Shown here: positions 59,616 through 64,000 of the stretch, one piece after another
Layout of the letters: each line of letters starts with the position of its first letter
Numbering within the stretch: position 1 is the first letter of the stretch
Assembly: GCA_977018835.1 (NCBI GenBank)
Contig: OZ361257.1
Span: 3,596,001-3,660,000, forward strand
Source: Minutocellus sp. GHC0000111
Taxonomy: Eukaryota
DNA length: 64,000 nucleotides
Reading direction: 5' to 3'
Made by a program: the position numbers and the translations under genes
Notes under the pieces: model-generated
Database searches by the model: none
The model's input: only the letters and a program-made list of their open reading frames with translations
Told to the model about the DNA's origin: nothing

Positions 59616-61202
59616 ATGACGATGAAGATATCCATCAGCGCCCTGCTTTTGCCAGCGGCGTTGGCCAGGGGAGGATCGGTAGCGGCGGCGCCAATTACTG
59701 ATCCGACGGCGACAATATCTGCTCGCCTCTTGGAAAAGGCAGTGCCCCTCCAGGAGTACCAACGTCAGCATCCGAACGACGAGTCTCTTCAACGACAACT
59801 CGCCAACAATTTGGAAAAGGCAGTGCCCCTCCAGGAGTATCAAAGTCAGCATCCGAACGACGAGTCTCTTCAACGACAACTCGCCAACAATGACAACAAC
59901 GGTGACAACTATTACGTTACCTCCAATTCATACGACTTTGCATCGTACAGCCTCAAATACACAACATGCCAGCGGGTCCAGCACTTCTCTTCGGAGGCAA
60001 TCGGTAACGGTGAATCGTCACCTCTCGTTACAACTGATATTGTACTCCTTCGTTTATGCCCAGAGCGACGATGTGGTGACAACTCCGAGATGGGTTGCTC
60101 GGTAGGTTGGGGTGATTACGTATTGAGCCTCGACGATTATGTTCGTATCATGACAAATTACAAGCTGGATAAGCAGCGCAATCTTTGTGGTCTATGCGAA
60201 GCATGTCAGAAAGGCTATGGAGACTTCTATTACTCTGGATACCGTTACAACAATGGTGGTCGGCAACGAAGTCGTCAGCTCGAAGATGTCGCAGATGCAG
60301 GAGACGACGACGCTGCCACAGATGATGCAGTCGCTGCCTATGACGATGACTACACGGAAGGTGGGACTTGCTATACAAACTCAGCTCTTTGTCACATCAA
60401 CGAGGAATCATGTGCCAACTTGGACGCAGGTGGTGACGAGAACGAAAATGGGTATGCCTCATATAGTGATTTTCTGAATTATCTTGGTTGTGTCGAGGTG
60501 AAGGATGGCATGTACATCAATGCTCGATGCGATTCTGACTCCAATAAAATTGGGTGGGGGGTATTCTACGACCCATACTGCACCCAGTATGCTGGTAACA
60601 CCATCAACATTAATGCAGTTGTCGATGAAGACATCATCTTCGAGGCCGATGCCTTCGAAAGTTTTTACAATGGCCAGTGCATTCCCTGCAGCAGTGGATC
60701 TGCTCCTTACTTCAATTCCAACAACAATATGTGTAACAAAATGTACGAACAGAGCGATCGATGCAATGCTTACATTGCCTATGACTTTAACGATAACAAT
60801 GCTGACGAGGGCGATGGGAACGTGTGCAGCTTCATCAGATCCATTAGAAATGGCGCCTTAAATAAAGAGGGACTATTTGGTGTCAAATCCTTGGGCGATG
60901 GGCCAGTCACACGATCTCAGATTGTTACATTGGTTTGCATTGGTGTCGTATTCATTTCTATGGCCATTTACTCATGTTGGCTTCACCATGAAATGACTAA
61001 TCTTTTACTCAAGTCGTTGGCGCGGAAAAATCTGATGGATGAAGTGGCGCGGAAAGCCATTAGAGACCGAGAGGAGCTCGGCAGATCAAACAAGAGTGGG
61101 GTATATCGGAGCAGCGTTTTGGGAAGGTGGACGCGGAATAAGAAAAAGAAGAACCATGTTGCCCCTAGTACGGACAGTGAGGATGAGGACGAGTCAGAGT
61201 GA
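59616..61202 (+). CDS. Silicanin-1 (Sin1/SiMat7)-like type I membrane protein
   Basis: Signal peptide, RQL motifs, YSLKYTTCQ..VLLRLCP, Cys- and N/D-rich lumenal part, one TM helix, basic/acidic cytosolic tail. Confidence 0.75.
   Translation: MTMKISISALLLPAALARGGSVAAAPITDPTATISARLLEKAVPLQEYQRQHPNDESLQRQLANNLEKAVPLQEYQSQHPNDESLQRQLANNDNNGDNYYVTSNSYDFASYSLKYTTCQRVQHFSSEAIGNGESSPLVTTDIVLLRLCPERRCGDNSEMGCSVGWGDYVLSLDDYVRIMTNYKLDKQRNLCGLCEACQKGYGDFYYSGYRYNNGGRQRSRQLEDVADAGDDDAATDDAVAAYDDDYTEGGTCYTNSALCHINEESCANLDAGGDENENGYASYSDFLNYLGCVEVKDGMYINARCDSDSNKIGWGVFYDPYCTQYAGNTININAVVDEDIIFEADAFESFYNGQCIPCSSGSAPYFNSNNNMCNKMYEQSDRCNAYIAYDFNDNNADEGDGNVCSFIRSIRNGALNKEGLFGVKSLGDGPVTRSQIVTLVCIGVVFISMAIYSCWLHHEMTNLLLKSLARKNLMDEVARKAIRDREELGRSNKSGVYRSSVLGRWTRNKKKKNHVAPSTDSEDEDESE
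59730..59891 (+). repeat. 81-bp in-frame tandem duplication (2 copies)
   Basis: 59730-59810 vs 59811-59891, two mismatches. Confidence 0.95.
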
Positions 61203-61389
61203 AAGGAAGTGGATCAATCACAAATGTTACCGAGCCTACTGGTTGAAGTGAAACGGAAGCTTGTAAATATGCTTTTACATACAATTTATATCGAAATACT
61301 TTACTTTGTTGACGTCTACCCACGCCAATAAAAACCATGGTGAAGTTAAAAAGGGGGAGATCGGCTCAAAACGTAAAGCACCTGTGGCA

Positions 61390-62136
61390 TTACATGAACG
61401 TGAAGGCAATGGCGATGGCACTAATGACCAATCCTCCTCCAAAGAACGAGGCCGAGCTAGTAGTAGCATCACCTGGATTTTCAGGAACATCCATCCCCTC
61501 AGACAATTCAATGCCCTCGGCGCTCTGTGGCAGAGGTCCATCCTTGAACTGAGTGTAACCAATCGTCTCACCGAAGTTGGCCGTGATGTTGTAGACATAC
61601 TCGGCCTCATCGGTACAAGTCGTTCCGTCCGCCATTTCGATGTCGACCATCAACTTGTATTTGTATGCAATCGGTTCAAAGCACAGATCCACAACAATTT
61701 GATGATAGGTATTCTTGAGTCCCCATCCAGTCCAGATCTCCCGTCCCCAATAGCTCTGGACGAGCGGCACAGTCTCCTCGGGAAACACGCCCAATGAGTT
61801 GGTAATGTCACGTTTCACACTGATGAGCTTGGCGTCGTCAGGACCGACGTATTTCCAAGTAAAGTCGAACTGGACCGTCCGCAGACATTCGTCCCACTTG
61901 ACGTCCTCCTCTCGAGGAGTTTGGATGGCCATGCAGTCCGTGCCTGGGGCGGCATAGGTGGGAAGGCTTTCGTCCTTGGGAAACTGCGATTCGGTCTCGC
62001 CATTCTGGGCCGTGCAGTCAACGGAGACGACACTCTTGTATGGGACGGCGCACGCGGCGGCATCAACGGTGTTGGCCGAGACCATCAGGGCCAGGAGGGC
62101 GGCGAGGGCAAGGGCAGAGGTGCAACTGAGCTTCAT
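61390..62136 (-). CDS. Secreted, possibly GPI-anchored protein
   Basis: N-terminal signal peptide, 6 Cys in the mature part, C-terminal SSAS followed by a hydrophobic tail. Confidence 0.7.
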   Translation of the reverse strand: MKLSCTSALALAALLALMVSANTVDAAACAVPYKSVVSVDCTAQNGETESQFPKDESLPTYAAPGTDCMAIQTPREEDVKWDECLRTVQFDFTWKYVGPDDAKLISVKRDITNSLGVFPEETVPLVQSYWGREIWTGWGLKNTYHQIVVDLCFEPIAYKYKLMVDIEMADGTTCTDEAEYVYNITANFGETIGYTQFKDGPLPQSAEGIELSEGMDVPENPGDATTSSASFFGGGLVISAIAIAFTFM

Positions 62137-62750
62137 TATTGTCCTGCGGCTTTGATTCGTAGTGTTTGAGCTGAGGGTTCTGTAGCTTCTTTCGAGGAAG
62201 GGGTCGCTTCTTGTGTTTGTTCTTTGCAGAAAAATGAAAGTAGCGATGGACGAAGAATTAGAGAATGAGGGCGAGAGGCAAACCGAAGAGTATGCTGCTG
62301 CTTGAGATGCGAGGGTGCAGTAATTTGCTTTATGCGGTCTGGATTGATAGCCACGAACCAATCGGAAGTGATCAAGGAGAAGAGAACGCAATAAGTATGA
62401 ATGCAATTGGTTGATGCCGACGACCTTCTTCTTCTTGCTACTAGCTAGGCCTAGTACCTAGGTAGGCCTAGCTAGTATGTGGAGGGAGCGGTCAACGGAA
62501 ATCGAATAAATTTCATCATCATGAGGTAATGCAGTAAGCAGAAGGCCTCTATAAGCTGCTTACGAGTATTGACCGCGCGGTGCATCAGGTGAGCCTTGGA
62601 TTCATTGCACGACACCCTGCGCTCTGCCCCACTGTCAGGCCAGAATAAGAAGGAAAGGACCCGACTTTTCGTTGCTTGAGCGGAGGCGTGCGCGTGCACT
62701 GGTCTCTTGTTTTCGCAAACGAAAAATTAATTATATTTTTGACGGTAGCG

Positions 62751-64000
62751 ATGGGGGGAGGAAGGCGTTCCGAGCAAGGGATGGTCCCTTGTTCCGAGAT
62801 CGAGAGTCAGGATGCCGTCGACCATCATCACGATGCCGATGCCGGTACCGATGCTCACAACGTCGTGTACTACGATCGTGATCACGTCGAGGCCAACGAT
62901 GGTGCTTCTCAAGACTACGGCGACAATGATCCTGCCAGTGGAACTACGAGCCGCGGTGGAGTCGCTCACGCGTCCAAACGCGGCGGCGGCGGCGGTGGCA
63001 AAGACGCCATGGTCTGGTGGGACATCAGCCAGTCGCAGACATCGCAGATGAGCCAGTATTCGGCCGACGAGGACCATCCCCCCCATGACCACGACCGCAA
63101 AACACCTCACAATACCCGATCGACCAATAGGCAGCTGCCATCCTCCTCCACGACAACGACCCCTCGTTTCCTTTCGAGGGATGAGCGCCGGAAGAGATCC
63201 CGGATGGCACAGGAACAGCAGCAGAGGCAGTATGAGCATTCGGATTCCTCTTCGGATGACGACGACGATAATGTTAGTGATGGTGGAAACGACGGCGATG
63301 GACCAGTCGAGGAAGGCAGTGAGGATCCATTTGCGACCATCATGGGCAGCCAGAACAATGATGATTCGGATAATGATGACTCTGATGATGACGGCAATGG
63401 CGGTGAGGGGGAAGAGATGGACAACAATGACAGCCAGTACGACCACGATATCCCTGCCAAGGTACACGACAAGACCCCTGCCGATCAACAAATGGCCGAA
63501 GAGGACAATGTCGATGATAATGATTATGACGATGATCCAGACGACTTCCCCATCCCCGACCAATCTCCTCCAACCAGTCCTGCTCCAGCTAATGATGGTC
63601 ACGATGCGTATGGAAGCCAACCCAATTCCATGTATGCGTCCAGAGGTGGCAATCGTAGCCAAAAATCAACCGCTGGCAATTACGCGGGTGGTTTGCATTA
63701 TGATGACGATGACTGCGGCTATGCATACGGTGTCGATGATGGTGGGTGCGGGGGGATCGACATGAATGCTCTCCGCCGACAGTCGATGAAGCGAAGTATT
63801 GGCAGCACCAAGAGTAGCAGCAAGCATTCGACACAACAGTCGATGTCGATGACAACGCCAATGACAGCATCTCGGAGTGTTTCTTCCAAAAAGAGGAGCC
63901 GATCGTCCTTTGCTGGCTTCGGTGGTGGCAGAGGAATGACAATGCACGACGATGACGACCTCATGTCCGATCTTACCAATGCCGCGGGTGGCAATACCGA
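62751..64000 (+). CDS. Asp-rich low-complexity N-terminus of a gene running off the window
   Basis: The ATG 62751 frame reads without a stop to the window end, so it is absent from the ORF track. Confidence 0.65.
   Translation, partial: MGGGRRSEQGMVPCSEIESQDAVDHHHDADAGTDAHNVVYYDRDHVEANDGASQDYGDNDPASGTTSRGGVAHASKRGGGGGGKDAMVWWDISQSQTSQMSQYSADEDHPPHDHDRKTPHNTRSTNRQLPSSSTTTTPRFLSRDERRKRSRMAQEQQQRQYEHSDSSSDDDDDNVSDGGNDGDGPVEEGSEDPFATIMGSQNNDDSDNDDSDDDGNGGEGEEMDNNDSQYDHDIPAKVHDKTPADQQMAEEDNVDDNDYDDDPDDFPIPDQSPPTSPAPANDGHDAYGSQPNSMYASRGGNRSQKSTAGNYAGGLHYDDDDCGYAYGVDDGGCGGIDMNALRRQSMKRSIGSTKSSSKHSTQQSMSMTTPMTASRSVSSKKRSRSSFAGFGGGRGMTMHDDDDLMSDLTNAAGGNT

Overview
Gene-dense eukaryotic nuclear DNA, most likely from a diatom. 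The evidence is GT-AG introns, bipartite signal + plastid transit peptides, a signal-peptide-bearing DRP5B dynamin and a silicanin-like RXL protein. About 35 protein-coding genes are visible; I found no rRNA, tRNA or CRISPR features. The dominant signal is widespread gene disruption. About ten genes carry frameshifts, nonsense codons or a large internal deletion, including the normally essential DBP9, kinesin-5 and prefoldins 3 and 6. Several open genes also have radical changes at conserved residues. This suggests a decaying haplotype or duplicated segment, although assembly error cannot be excluded without reads. Other observations: a 665-bp MITE-like element, three prefoldin-family genes within about 5.6 kb, a recurrent TACGTAGCTA motif at gene boundaries, a 21-bp motif shared by two divergent promoters, an inverted pair of PILS-like carriers, and a head-to-head ERdj3/STI1-domain pair. 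All family assignments come from remembered motifs, not database searches.
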